Shown: positions 39,564 through 49,773 of the stretch, in pieces
Position numbering within the stretch: the stretch's first letter is position 1
How the letters are laid out: every line of letters starts with the position of its first letter
Source of the DNA: Candidatus Saccharimonadales bacterium
GTDB taxonomy: Bacteria > Patescibacteriota > Saccharimonadia > Saccharimonadales > 2-12-FULL-41-12
DNA length: 64,000 nt
NCBI GenBank assembly: GCA_025451045.1
Contig: JANWLD010000001.1
Coordinates: 273,965-337,964, forward strand
Direction: 5' to 3'
The notes under the pieces: generated by a model
What the model was told of the DNA's origin: nothing
Databases searched by the model: none
The model's input: only the letters and a program-made list of their open reading frames with translations
Translations under genes and position numbers: made by a program

Positions 39564-40637
39564 ATGGCAAAATATACAGCCTTCAACCGTGTTTTCGGCT
39601 TATCGCGCAAGCGGCGTGTCAGAGTCACTATTTTAGCTATAAATATACTAATCTTTGCTGTAGTCGGCGCTTTGGTCATCACTAACTCTTCGGCTTCTTC
39701 GGATCAACCTAAGTTTTCCAGCTTAGCGGCAGGCGCTGATAATGAATTGTCCAATCCCTTAGACGAGCTTTCTTCAGCTGACATTGCTGTTAACGTTGCC
39801 CGTGCAACTAGTTTGCCCGAAGCCACTGCTGTGACCAACACTGCCGATTCCGAAAATGCCAGTTTGGCGATTGCTTCCACGGACGATAACGTGGTCAGTA
39901 AGCCGCAGGTGATTTCTGAAGGATTGGCCTCGAATAAAGACATTATTCGTTACACAGTAGAAAAAGACGATGACGTGAACAGTGTAGCCGCTAAATTTGG
40001 TATTACCTCACAGACTATCAAGCTCTCGAATAGTCTCGACAGTGATTCGCTAACGCCCGGTATGGAGCTACTTATAAGCCCGGTCAATGGATTGGTTTAC
40101 AGGGTCCAACCCGGCGATACGCCGTCTTCTGTCGCCCATAAATTCCACGCTAGCATAGACCAGGTTATCGCTTTTAATGATGCTGAACTTACAGGTAAAC
40201 TTAAGCCGGGAGATTTGATTGTTATACCTGACGGCAGCCAGCCTGCTGGTCCAAGGTTTAATTATGACGTAGCTACAGCTGCCGCCAGGTCCCGTAGTGG
40301 TCCTGTCTTTTCTTTCGGCGGCGGAGTTGGCTATCCTGAAGGCTGGTGTACTTATTATGCGGCCGCCAGAAGCGGCGCGCCCGGCGGCTGGGGTAATGCT
40401 GCTACTTGGTCATATTATGCAGCCCTTGATGGCTGGACAGTAAGCGGTGTGCCTAAGCGCGGAGCAATCGCTCAAACCTCAGCAAATCATGTAGGTATAG
40501 TAGAAGATGTGCGCAAGGTAGACGGCCAATGGCAGATTAAATACTCCGATATGAACGGAATAGCCGGTTTCAATAGAGTTGGCTATAGTGGTTGGGAGCC
40601 GGCACACAGCACCTTCCAAAACTTTATTTACCACTAG
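39564..40637 (+). CDS. LysM (x2) + CHAP domain cell-wall hydrolase
   Basis: YTVEKDD..VAAKFGI and YRVQPGDT LysM repeats; GYPEGWCTYY, WGNAATW and HVGIVE CHAP motifs. Confidence 0.9.
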   Translation: MAKYTAFNRVFGLSRKRRVRVTILAINILIFAVVGALVITNSSASSDQPKFSSLAAGADNELSNPLDELSSADIAVNVARATSLPEATAVTNTADSENASLAIASTDDNVVSKPQVISEGLASNKDIIRYTVEKDDDVNSVAAKFGITSQTIKLSNSLDSDSLTPGMELLISPVNGLVYRVQPGDTPSSVAHKFHASIDQVIAFNDAELTGKLKPGDLIVIPDGSQPAGPRFNYDVATAAARSRSGPVFSFGGGVGYPEGWCTYYAAARSGAPGGWGNAATWSYYAALDGWTVSGVPKRGAIAQTSANHVGIVEDVRKVDGQWQIKYSDMNGIAGFNRVGYSGWEPAHSTFQNFIYH

Positions 40638-40677
40638 ATTTTTCCTTAACTGTCTCTACGATTTATAATCTATATAG

Positions 40678-41949
40678 ATGTTTGTAGATAAAGTTAATGT
40701 ATCAATCAAAGCCGCCAAAGGCGGCGACGGCAAATTGAGCTTTCGCCACGAGAAATTCATAAACCGCGGCGGTCCGGACGGCGGTGACGGCGGCAAAGGC
40801 GGCGATATAATCGTTGTTGCCAGCAATAACCAAAACACCTTGGCAGATTTTCGCTACAAGAAACAAATAACTTCCGAACCGGGTGGTAGCGGTGAAAAGC
40901 GAAAACGTCATGGCAAAAATGGCAACAACTTGATAGTCAAACTGCCGGTTGGAACCATCATTTACGGCCCCAAAAACCAAATATTAGCCGATTTGGTAGC
41001 TGACGGCCAGCAAGAAGTCATTGCCAAAGGCGGCGATGGCGGTTTTGGCAATGCCCACTTTACCAGCAGTACCCGTCAAGCACCTCGGGTAGCCGAAAAG
41101 GGCGAACCGGGCGAAGAATTCGAAGCGATTTTCGAACTTAAGATGATAGCCGATATCGGTCTGGTCGGCTTGCCAAATGCCGGCAAATCGACTTTGCTGG
41201 GCGCAATTAGCAATGCCCACCCTGAAATCGCCAATTACCCTTTTACTACGCTTAGGCCCAATCTTGGAGTAGTAGATATCGACAAAACCCACAGCGTGCT
41301 GGTCGCTGATATACCGGGATTGATTGAAGGAGCCAGCAAGGGCAAGGGTCTGGGCGATGAATTTCTGCGCCATGTCGAGCGCACCAAATTGCTAATCCAT
41401 CTTATTGACGCCTATCAGGACGACATAACAGGCGCTTATAAGACTATCCAGCAGGAATTGGCCGATTATGTCATAAACCTCTCAAGACGGCCGCAAATCA
41501 TTGCTATTAACAAGATTGATGGGCTAGATGAAGATATAGTTAATGATGAGGTTCAAAAACTCAGAAAAGCCGCTGGGCAAAAAGCCAAAATTATGGCTAT
41601 TTCCGCCCAATCCGGCCAAGGTACCAAAGAACTTCTGCGTGAAGCCCAAAAAATGCTTGGCACTAAAAAGAAACAGGCAGAAAAAAACCGGTTCGAAAAG
41701 ATTCCAATTATTCGTCTTATCAAGACCGACGACAGCTGGAAGGTTACCAAGACCAAAGGAGTATTTTTAGTAAAGGGCAAAAAGATTGAGCGGTTTGCCC
41801 GCCGTACCGACTTTGATAATGAGGCCGGTATCCAGCGCCTGCGTGATATTATGCGCAAAATGGGCATTATGCATGAGCTGGAGCGTAAAAAAATCAAACC
41901 GGGCGATAAGATTTTCTTCTCAGGCGTTAATAATTACCTAACCTTTTAA
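40678..41949 (+). CDS. obgE: GTPase ObgE
   Basis: MFVD, GGPDGGDGG, GLPNAGKS, YPFTT, DIPG and NKID motifs, plus C-terminal OCT domain. Confidence 0.97.
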   Translation: MFVDKVNVSIKAAKGGDGKLSFRHEKFINRGGPDGGDGGKGGDIIVVASNNQNTLADFRYKKQITSEPGGSGEKRKRHGKNGNNLIVKLPVGTIIYGPKNQILADLVADGQQEVIAKGGDGGFGNAHFTSSTRQAPRVAEKGEPGEEFEAIFELKMIADIGLVGLPNAGKSTLLGAISNAHPEIANYPFTTLRPNLGVVDIDKTHSVLVADIPGLIEGASKGKGLGDEFLRHVERTKLLIHLIDAYQDDITGAYKTIQQELADYVINLSRRPQIIAINKIDGLDEDIVNDEVQKLRKAAGQKAKIMAISAQSGQGTKELLREAQKMLGTKKKQAEKNRFEKIPIIRLIKTDDSWKVTKTKGVFLVKGKKIERFARRTDFDNEAGIQRLRDIMRKMGIMHELERKKIKPGDKIFFSGVNNYLTF

Positions 41950-41968
41950 TGCTAAACTTGAGTTAACT

Positions 41969-43411
41969 ATGGTCGGGAGTTTGTTTTTTTATGATTTAGA
42001 AACCAGCGGCGTCAATCCGCGTGCCAGCCGCATCATGCAGTTCGCGGGGCAGCGCACAGATATGGATTTGCAGCCGGTAGGCAAACCAATAAATGTGCTT
42101 ATAAAACTTACCGAAGACATTCTGCCCGATCCGGACGCTATTTTAGTCCACGGTACGACACCGCAAAAGACTGTAGCCGAAGGTATAACCGAAGCAGAGT
42201 TCGTCAATCTGTTTAATAGCGAAATATTACAGCCCGGCACCATATTCACCGGCTTTAATAACATTCGCTTCGACGACGAGTTTATGCGTTTCTTGTTCTA
42301 TCGCAACTTTAATGATGCATACGAATGGCAATGGCGCGATGGTTGCAGCCGCTGGGACTTGCTTGATGTGACCCGGATGACTCGAGCATTACGGCCGGAT
42401 GGCGTTAAATGGCCGTTCGCACCAGACGGCAAGCCGTCTAACCGGCTGGAACTGCTTTCAAGCATAAATAAATTAGATCATTCCAATGCCCACGATGCGC
42501 TTAGTGATGTCAACGCAACTATTGCTCTCGCTAAGCTTATAAAAGACAAACAGCCGAAACTATTTGACTATTTATTGAACCTGCGCAGCAAAAAGGCTGT
42601 CCAAGAACTGGTAGACAAACAAGAGATGTTTATTTATTCCAGCGGCAAATACCCGGCAGAGTTTGAAAAGACTGCAGTAACTGCCAAGATTTGCCCCCAT
42701 CCGGACAAAAACGGCGTGCTGGTCTATGATTTGCGCCACAACCCTAAAGAATTCATCAATCTTTCCGCGGAGCAGCTAGTCGAGAAATGGAAATGGAAAA
42801 AAGACAGCGACGAGCCCAGACTACCTGTTAAATCACTGCAATATAATCGTTGTCCGGCAATCGCCCCTTTAAGTGTGCTGGATGATAAAACCAAAAAACG
42901 GTTAGATATCAACTTTGAAAAAACGACCGAGCATTTAAAAACCTTGAAATCTTCAGACAGCTTTAACAAAAATTTGTTAAAAGCCATAGGAATTATTAAT
43001 GCCGAGCGCAACCAGCAAGTAGAATTAGTCGATACATCTGTTGACATTGATTCAAGGCTGTATGATGGATTTATACCGGATGCGGATAAAAACCTCTCGG
43101 CCAAACTCCGATCAGCCAAACCCGAACAGATCAGCACTTTCAAAGAAAAATTTTCCGATAAGCGCTTGAAAAACCTGATTTTGCTGTATAAAGCCCGCAA
43201 TTTTTCTAAATTTTTGTCAGACGAAGAACGCAGTCAGTGGGAAGATTACCGAAAGACCGCGCTTGTCGGCGGCAAAGAAGCCAGCCGGTTAAGCAAATTC
43301 GCAGAAAGACTCAAAGAACTATCTGAAAGATCGGATCTGCGCAAAGACCAGAAGTATCTACTTGAGGAACTTCAGCTTTGGGCCGAGAACATCGTCCCGG
43401 TAGTGGACTAG
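41969..43411 (+). CDS. sbcB: Exodeoxyribonuclease I
   Basis: YDLETSG, QFAGQRTD, GFNNIRFDDE, SRWDLLD, AHDALSDV and NRCP motifs. Confidence 0.93.
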   Translation: MVGSLFFYDLETSGVNPRASRIMQFAGQRTDMDLQPVGKPINVLIKLTEDILPDPDAILVHGTTPQKTVAEGITEAEFVNLFNSEILQPGTIFTGFNNIRFDDEFMRFLFYRNFNDAYEWQWRDGCSRWDLLDVTRMTRALRPDGVKWPFAPDGKPSNRLELLSSINKLDHSNAHDALSDVNATIALAKLIKDKQPKLFDYLLNLRSKKAVQELVDKQEMFIYSSGKYPAEFEKTAVTAKICPHPDKNGVLVYDLRHNPKEFINLSAEQLVEKWKWKKDSDEPRLPVKSLQYNRCPAIAPLSVLDDKTKKRLDINFEKTTEHLKTLKSSDSFNKNLLKAIGIINAERNQQVELVDTSVDIDSRLYDGFIPDADKNLSAKLRSAKPEQISTFKEKFSDKRLKNLILLYKARNFSKFLSDEERSQWEDYRKTALVGGKEASRLSKFAERLKELSERSDLRKDQKYLLEELQLWAENIVPVVD

Positions 43412-43597
43412 TTTTTTTTGAAGCTTTTTGAAGTTCTGGCTAAACCGCAATTTCTTGTCAATCGCCTTTAGCTTTTTTGGATGGTATTTCTTAAATATGT
43501 AGAAGGTAAGCGCTAGGTCAAATAAGACGAGATATCCTACAAAGCCTATTTCTAGGTTAGTGCCGGGGATTTGTCCCAAAACTATATAGTCCATCAT
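43358..43597 (-). CDS. Small hypothetical membrane protein
   Basis: IVLGQIPGTNLEI plus TM; TTGACT-N17-TATAAT upstream; 3' overlap with sbcB. Confidence 0.55.
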   Translation of the reverse strand: MMDYIVLGQIPGTNLEIGFVGYLVLFDLALTFYIFKKYHPKKLKAIDKKLRFSQNFKKLQKKLVHYRDDVLGPKLKFLK

Positions 43598-43714
43598 CTT
43601 AATGTCACCAAACTTACATAAAGTAAAGTGATTATACTTGAGAATTGCTAAAAAGTCAACATATTTGTAATATAATACTTCTTAAGTTAAAAGTTATTGT
43701 GCTATATTTAGCTT

Positions 43715-43960
43715 ATGGCTAAGAAAAACAAAAAACCTAAAGTCAGGCCAGGGGCTTGGTTTGTACCTGTTCGCGGCAGTTATTTGCCTGCCAGTCCAAT
43801 GGGCTGGTGGACCTATGTACCATTCGTGGGCTACCTAATTTTTAGTTTGGTATTTGGAATTAACGAAACATCATCAAAGTATGTAGCTGTTTTATTCATT
43901 GCGGCTAACTGGCTATTCGCAACTGTGCTAATGACCTATGTAGCTGCTAAAAAAAGCTGA
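43715..43960 (+). CDS. Small two-TM membrane protein
   Basis: WF...GSYLPASPMGW followed by two hydrophobic helices; extended -10 6 nt upstream. Confidence 0.7.
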   Translation: MAKKNKKPKVRPGAWFVPVRGSYLPASPMGWWTYVPFVGYLIFSLVFGINETSSKYVAVLFIAANWLFATVLMTYVAAKKS

Positions 43961-44040
43961 CAGTCGCTATTAATTGCTCATAAACACTGGAAAAAGTCGG
44001 GAAAATACTCTATAATATTCGCCCTATAGAAAGAGGGCGA

Positions 44041-46851
44041 ATGGATTTTATTTCGGTTAAAGGTGCTCGTGAACATAATTTAAAAGACATTAGTGTTGAT
44101 ATACCTAGAAATAAGCTGATTGTCATCACCGGACTTTCCGGTTCGGGCAAGTCCAGCTTGGCGTTTGATACCATATACGCCGAAGGCCAGCGCCGTTATG
44201 TAGAAAGCCTGAGTGCCTACGCCCGGCAGTTCCTCGGCCTGATGGAAAAACCGGATGTCGACCAGATAGACGGGCTTAGCCCAGCCATATCAATCGACCA
44301 AAAATCAACCAGCCGCAATCCGCGCAGTACGGTCGCTACGGTTACCGAAATCTATGACTATCTGCGCTTGCTTTATGCCCGCATTGGCGTGCCGCACTGT
44401 CCGATTTGCGGCAAAACAGTTACGCGGCAAACCCCGACGATGATTGTCGACAAAGTTACAGACGGTTTGCCGCAAAAAGCCAGATTATTAATTATGGCGC
44501 CAATTGTCATGGACAAAAAAGGCCAGTTCGAACATATTCCGGAGCAGTTCCAGAGCCGCGGCTTTGTCCGCGCCAGAGTAGACGGGGTCGTTTATGCGTT
44601 GGATGAATGGCCGGAGCTAGACAAAAACTATAAGCACAACATCGAAATAGTCGTCGATAGGATAGTTAATGACGATGACAGCAAGGGCCGGTTGACCCAA
44701 AGTATAGAACAAGCGCTGGATATAGCCGACGGACGGCTTGTGGTTGCTGACGCTGATAATAAAAAAGAACACAAATACAGCCTAATGTACGCATGTATCG
44801 ACCATCCGGAGGTCAATATTCCGGAACTGGAGCCGCGTACCTTCAGCTTTAACAGCCCTCACGGCGCCTGTCCGGTCTGTACCGGTTTGGGCAATCGGCT
44901 GGAAGTCGACCCTGATTTGGTCATTCCCAATGGACGATTGACCATTGCCGAGGGTGCAATCCGCCCATTCAACCGAGTGACTTCCGATGCTTGGTACATG
45001 AAGAAAATGCAAGCGGTGGCTGACCGCTACGGCTTTTCACTGCATGTGCCGACCGGACAGCTCAAAAAAGAAGATTTGGACAAAATACTCTATGGTACCG
45101 GCAGTGAAACTTATAACGTCAAACTCGGCGTTGGCCGGCATTTTGATACGACTTATGAGGGCGTGATTCCAAATCTGGAACGGCGGCATAAAGAAACAGA
45201 AAGTGACTTTATGCGCCGCGATATAGAACGGTTCATGCAAGAGCGGCCTTGCCACGAATGCCACGGCCGTAGACTGAAACCGGAAGTGCTGGCCATAACC
45301 GTCCATGGCAAGAACATCATGGATGTCAGCGAGCAGTCTATTGATGAAGCTTTTAACTTTTTTAATGATTTAAAACTTAATGAAATCGAACTAAAGATAG
45401 CCAACCAAATATTTAAAGAAATCAAAGCCCGGCTGAAATTCTTACAAGACGTTGGGCTGAATTATCTAAGCTTGACGCGCAGCGCGGTCAGTCTTTCCGG
45501 CGGCGAGGCACAGCGCATACGCTTGGCAACGCAAATCGGCAGTGGCCTGCAAGGCGTACTATATGTTTTAGATGAGCCGAGCATCGGCTTGCACCAGCGT
45601 GATAATAAACGGCTCATTGATACGCTTTCCCATCTGCGCGACATTGGCAATACGGTTATTGTTGTCGAGCACGATGAAGAAACTATCCGTACGGCCGATC
45701 ATGTTCTCGATATCGGCCCGGGCGCCGGAGTGCATGGCGGCAAGGTCGTTGCCGAAGGCACGCCCGCAAACGTGACTAAGAATAAAAACAGCGTTACTGG
45801 CCAATATCTGAGCGGTACCAAAAAGATAGCGATACCTAAAAAACGCCGTAGTAGCAACGGTAACGAGCTGATAGTTGTAGGAGCGGAAGAAAACAATCTG
45901 AAAAACTTATCCGTTAAAATTCCGCTAGGCCAGTTGGTAGTGGTAACGGGAGTTTCCGGTTCCGGCAAATCCAGCCTTATAAACGATATCTTGGCAAAGG
46001 AATTGCAGGCCAGACTAATGAGAGCCCAAACTGTCCCCGGCAAACATGATGAAATCAAAGGGATTGATAATCTGGACAAGGTAATCGTAATTGACCAATC
46101 GCCGATTGGCCGGACGCCCCGGTCTAACCCGGCTACTTATACCGGTTTATTCACTCCGATTCGAGATCTATTTGCCGGATTGCCGGAAGCCAAACTACGC
46201 GGTTATTCAGCTGGGCGGTTTAGCTTCAATGTACGCGGCGGACGCTGTGAGAATTGCGCCGGCGACGGAATAATCAAGATAGAGATGCACTTTTTACCCG
46301 ATGTATATGTTCCTTGCGAGGAATGCAAAGGGAAACGCTATAACCGCGAAGCACTGGAGATACAATATAAAGGTAAAAGCATCAGCGATGTTTTAAGTAT
46401 GACCTGTGAAACGGCGCTGGAATTCTTTGCCAATATCCCAGGCGTGGCTAGAAAACTACAAACGTTGGTTGATGTAGGGCTTGGCTATATAACGCTAGGC
46501 CAATCAGCAACAACCCTTTCCGGCGGTGAAGCCCAGCGTATCAAGCTGGCAACCGAATTATCCCGCCGCCCAACCGGCCGTACGCTTTATATCCTTGACG
46601 AGCCGACCACCGGTCTGCATATGGCTGACGTGGATAAATTGCTTCATGTGCTAGGGGCGCTGGTTGATACCGGCAATAGCATGATAGTTATCGAGCATAA
46701 TCTCGACGTTATAAAATCTGCCGACCATATAATTGACCTGGGGCCGGAAGGCGGCGATGCCGGGGGCAAAATCATAGCGGAAGGCACGCCTGAACAAGTC
46801 GCCAACAATAGGACCAGTTATACTGGACAATTTCTAGCTCATATTATATAA
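44041..46851 (+). CDS. uvrA: Excinuclease ABC subunit A
   Basis: [28 protein letters not shown], zinc fingers, two LSGGEAQR signatures and a second Walker A GVSGSGKS. Confidence 0.98.
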   Translation: MDFISVKGAREHNLKDISVDIPRNKLIVITGLSGSGKSSLAFDTIYAEGQRRYVESLSAYARQFLGLMEKPDVDQIDGLSPAISIDQKSTSRNPRSTVATVTEIYDYLRLLYARIGVPHCPICGKTVTRQTPTMIVDKVTDGLPQKARLLIMAPIVMDKKGQFEHIPEQFQSRGFVRARVDGVVYALDEWPELDKNYKHNIEIVVDRIVNDDDSKGRLTQSIEQALDIADGRLVVADADNKKEHKYSLMYACIDHPEVNIPELEPRTFSFNSPHGACPVCTGLGNRLEVDPDLVIPNGRLTIAEGAIRPFNRVTSDAWYMKKMQAVADRYGFSLHVPTGQLKKEDLDKILYGTGSETYNVKLGVGRHFDTTYEGVIPNLERRHKETESDFMRRDIERFMQERPCHECHGRRLKPEVLAITVHGKNIMDVSEQSIDEAFNFFNDLKLNEIELKIANQIFKEIKARLKFLQDVGLNYLSLTRSAVSLSGGEAQRIRLATQIGSGLQGVLYVLDEPSIGLHQRDNKRLIDTLSHLRDIGNTVIVVEHDEETIRTADHVLDIGPGAGVHGGKVVAEGTPANVTKNKNSVTGQYLSGTKKIAIPKKRRSSNGNELIVVGAEENNLKNLSVKIPLGQLVVVTGVSGSGKSSLINDILAKELQARLMRAQTVPGKHDEIKGIDNLDKVIVIDQSPIGRTPRSNPATYTGLFTPIRDLFAGLPEAKLRGYSAGRFSFNVRGGRCENCAGDGIIKIEMHFLPDVYVPCEECKGKRYNREALEIQYKGKSISDVLSMTCETALEFFANIPGVARKLQTLVDVGLGYITLGQSATTLSGGEAQRIKLATELSRRPTGRTLYILDEPTTGLHMADVDKLLHVLGALVDTGNSMIVIEHNLDVIKSADHIIDLGPEGGDAGGKIIAEGTPEQVANNRTSYTGQFLAHII

Positions 46852-46860
46852 TAATAAATT

Positions 46861-47349
46861 ATGCCTGCTACTAATTTATCCCCTGAAGAACTAGAGGCAG
46901 AATTACTTTCCATGCCTTTAGCTGATGTCCTTGAAGCGCTTGACTCACATCTGGCAGACTCACTTAAAGAACTTGACGGGGCTTATTCCGAAAAACCGGC
47001 TGATTTTCCCAGAAAAATAAAGGCACTTGGACGGGTAGGCATGTTCAGCTTTGCCAAGTCCGTTTTAGAAGGTGACGAAAAAACTAATATAATGCATCCA
47101 GCGTGGTATAACCAGGGTGCCAAGGAGATTTTAGACTATATCCATAAAGACCCTAAAAATCGCCAGCATCTTTTAGGCGCTGATTTCTTTAGCGAAGACC
47201 CGAAAGATAGTCGACGCTTGGCCCGACTTGTGTTTGTAGGCATTGAATCGCGGGTCAGATGCCTACCCGAGAGCGACCAGGCTTTAGCTGTCGAAATTGC
47301 CATGGATCCTGAAGGTATATTCGATCCTACAAATCTGCAGTCTAATTAA
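46861..47349 (+). CDS. Hypothetical protein
   Basis: 162-aa ORF with TATAAT 8 nt before ATG. Confidence 0.6.
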   Translation: MPATNLSPEELEAELLSMPLADVLEALDSHLADSLKELDGAYSEKPADFPRKIKALGRVGMFSFAKSVLEGDEKTNIMHPAWYNQGAKEILDYIHKDPKNRQHLLGADFFSEDPKDSRRLARLVFVGIESRVRCLPESDQALAVEIAMDPEGIFDPTNLQSN

Positions 47350-47976
47350 TTATTTAAGTTTTAACTTAGCTTTTAATTTAATGCGGGCCTTCGGATCTTT
47401 GACGATATGATAAACGGTCGGGCTGAAAGTTAAAAAAGTAGCCAGCAAGATCAAGGGCAGGATGTATCTATCGATATTTGGTATCTGCTTGCCAAAGTAA
47501 TAGCCCAAAAGCGTTACGCAGACTGCCCAGATGCCACTACCTAAGATGTTATAAAACATGAATTTTGCCTGGTTCATTTTGCCGATACCCGCCACCACTG
47601 GAGCAAAAGTACGGATTATAGGTATGAATCTGGCCAGTAAAATCGTCTTACCTCCATGTTTTTCATAGAATTCTTCACTTTTGATAACATATTCTTTTCG
47701 AAATATCAGGCCGTCCTTTTTAGTAAATAGCCTTGGTCCGACCTTGCGGCCGATAAAGTAGCCGCAATAACCGCCTAAAATAGCGGAAACGACTATCACT
47801 AATAACAGAGTTGCAATATTAAACTCTCCGGCAGCCGCCAGTATCCCGGCAGCCAAAAGGAGCGTATCACCGGGGAAGAAAAAGCCAAATAACAAACCGC
47901 TTTCAGCAAATACCATAAAAGCTATTAGCACGAGTCCGCCGCTTGAGATTATTTCATTCGGGTCTAAAAAAGACAT
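47350..47976 (-). CDS. DedA/VTT family membrane protein
   Basis: FAESGLLFGFFFPGDTLL, ARFIPIIRTFAP and YNILGS motifs. Confidence 0.94.
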   Translation of the reverse strand: MSFLDPNEIISSGGLVLIAFMVFAESGLLFGFFFPGDTLLLAAGILAAAGEFNIATLLLVIVVSAILGGYCGYFIGRKVGPRLFTKKDGLIFRKEYVIKSEEFYEKHGGKTILLARFIPIIRTFAPVVAGIGKMNQAKFMFYNILGSGIWAVCVTLLGYYFGKQIPNIDRYILPLILLATFLTFSPTVYHIVKDPKARIKLKAKLKLK

Positions 47977-48056
47977 TAACCCTGATTATAACAGTTATTA
48001 ACAGGTGTGAAATTAAAATATTTATGATATAATCGTATGAAACGAAAGGTTAATTA

Positions 48057-48776
48057 ATGTCCGAAGATATTCTTCTAAGCGCCCAAAAACGGGATGTGCT
48101 TGGAAAACAAGTTAAAAAACTGCGAAATGAAGGCCATACACCGGCTGTAATCCATGAGCGCGGCAAAGACTCCGTTCATGTATCGGTTCCGGCTCTGGAG
48201 TTTAAAAAGGCTTTTGGCTCAGCAGGAAAGCACCATGCTATCAAACTGGATGTCGGCGGCAAAAAATATACCACCATTATCAAAGAAGTCGTTAATGCTC
48301 CGGCCAGCAGTACTATCCAGCATGCTGTCTTTCAAGCGATAAAGGAAGATGAAAAGGTAACAACACAGGTTCCGTTGAAGCTGGTCGGCGAGATTCCCGC
48401 CGAGAGGGCCAGCCTGCTGGTACTTAAAAACCTCGACCATATAACAATTGAAGCATTGCCGAAAGATTTGATTGATATTGTTGAAGTTGATGCTACGCAA
48501 CTGGCTGAAGTCGGTAACAAGCTGCATATTTCCGACATCAACTTGCCAAGTACCATTACAATCAAAGACGATCCGGAACACGTCATTGCTACGGTTGAAA
48601 TGCCGAAAGACCAGATTGCCGAAGCTGACGCGGCGCTTGAAGAGCAAAAAGCCCAAGAAGGCATAACTGAAGAAGCCGAAGCAGCTGAAGGCGAAGGCGC
48701 GGAGGGCGAGGCACCTGCCGGTGAAGAGCCAGCCAAGTCTGACGAAGCCAAACCAGCCGAAGAACCCAAAGAATAA
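48057..48776 (+). CDS. rplY: 50S ribosomal protein L25/Ctc
   Basis: KKLRNEG.TPAVI, VPLKLVG, ALPKDL..I.VD and LHISDI motifs; acidic tail. Confidence 0.92.
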   Translation: MSEDILLSAQKRDVLGKQVKKLRNEGHTPAVIHERGKDSVHVSVPALEFKKAFGSAGKHHAIKLDVGGKKYTTIIKEVVNAPASSTIQHAVFQAIKEDEKVTTQVPLKLVGEIPAERASLLVLKNLDHITIEALPKDLIDIVEVDATQLAEVGNKLHISDINLPSTITIKDDPEHVIATVEMPKDQIAEADAALEEQKAQEGITEEAEAAEGEGAEGEAPAGEEPAKSDEAKPAEEPKE

Positions 48777-48840
48777 GCTTAACCTCTGTAAGATTCATTG
48801 ACAAATTAGCATATTTAAGTTATTGTAATCACTCTAAATT

Positions 48841-49773
48841 ATGCCTGTAGATAGCTTTGATAATAATCCTGAGAAACGCGGTTTGCTACTTAACGTAGAG
48901 ATCGATAGATTTGACGAAGTAGCTCAGGCTATCGGAAGTTTGAGTAAAGAACAAGGGATAGATGTCGAAATGATTGGAGTACCGGCATCCCAATCCAATT
49001 ATCGAGTTTCCGCTCTTAGAACTTTTCAAGAGGGTTGGAAAAAAGCCGAGATTAAACCTCAGCATTTTACTTGGGCTGTAGACCCGCGTACAGGCGAAAA
49101 TATAGCCGTAATCACTCGGGATAATATTGATTCGTTTGATGATGGCAGTGATGATTTGCCTAAGAGTAAACATTCCCGCAGGACCAGGTTTTTTAACAGT
49201 GTGACCCACCGTTCTATCAGTAATATCGATATGGATGATGGCGGCTACATAGTTTTAGCCACACCGGAGCACAAAGACCTTGCTGAACCGTCGATCAGGG
49301 TCATAAGGTCCCTGGAACTTTTGAGAAAACTACAACTAGGCCAAATCAGCGAAGAAAAACCCAACGGTACTGTAGGCCTGCAAGGATTGGGTGAGGTTGG
49401 CATAGAATTTTTTGAAAAGTATTGCACGACGCTTTTCCCTAGGGTTGATATCGCCCAAGCCACACAAGAATTAGACACTGAAAGAACTCGAGGCTTAATT
49501 AGAAACTCAAAAAGACGATTAAAGACATGGGGCTGGGTAGGCAGACAAGCTGCGGGCGCCGTCTTTTTTGGCAAGGATGCGGCCAAAGGCGCCGGAATAG
49601 GTGAAGATCAATCAAAAGTCGGTAAATTAGAGGAAGTCGGCCTCATCTCGAGGATGCCGCAATATCCGTCTACGAGAGTAAGTAAAGATATGAATTATTA
49701 TGGAGTGCCATTTGTAAAATTGCATGACGACAGGTGGTCGGTTATAAACAGCCTAGTCGCGGAGCAGGTCTAA
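48841..49773 (+). CDS. Hypothetical protein
   Basis: 310-aa ORF; TTGACA-N17-TATTGT upstream. LQGLGEVGIEF resembles a helix-hairpin-helix/alpha-CTD-like motif (weak). Confidence 0.65.
   Translation: MPVDSFDNNPEKRGLLLNVEIDRFDEVAQAIGSLSKEQGIDVEMIGVPASQSNYRVSALRTFQEGWKKAEIKPQHFTWAVDPRTGENIAVITRDNIDSFDDGSDDLPKSKHSRRTRFFNSVTHRSISNIDMDDGGYIVLATPEHKDLAEPSIRVIRSLELLRKLQLGQISEEKPNGTVGLQGLGEVGIEFFEKYCTTLFPRVDIAQATQELDTERTRGLIRNSKRRLKTWGWVGRQAAGAVFFGKDAAKGAGIGEDQSKVGKLEEVGLISRMPQYPSTRVSKDMNYYGVPFVKLHDDRWSVINSLVAEQV

Noticed and set aside
39451..39636. 61-aa ORF upstream of the LysM-CHAP gene
   Set aside because: TTG start, overlaps the hydrolase in another frame, and has no recognisable features.
43961..44040. 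LexA/SOS box upstream of uvrA
   Set aside because: No CTGT-N8-ACAG or GAAC-N4-GTTC palindrome was found.
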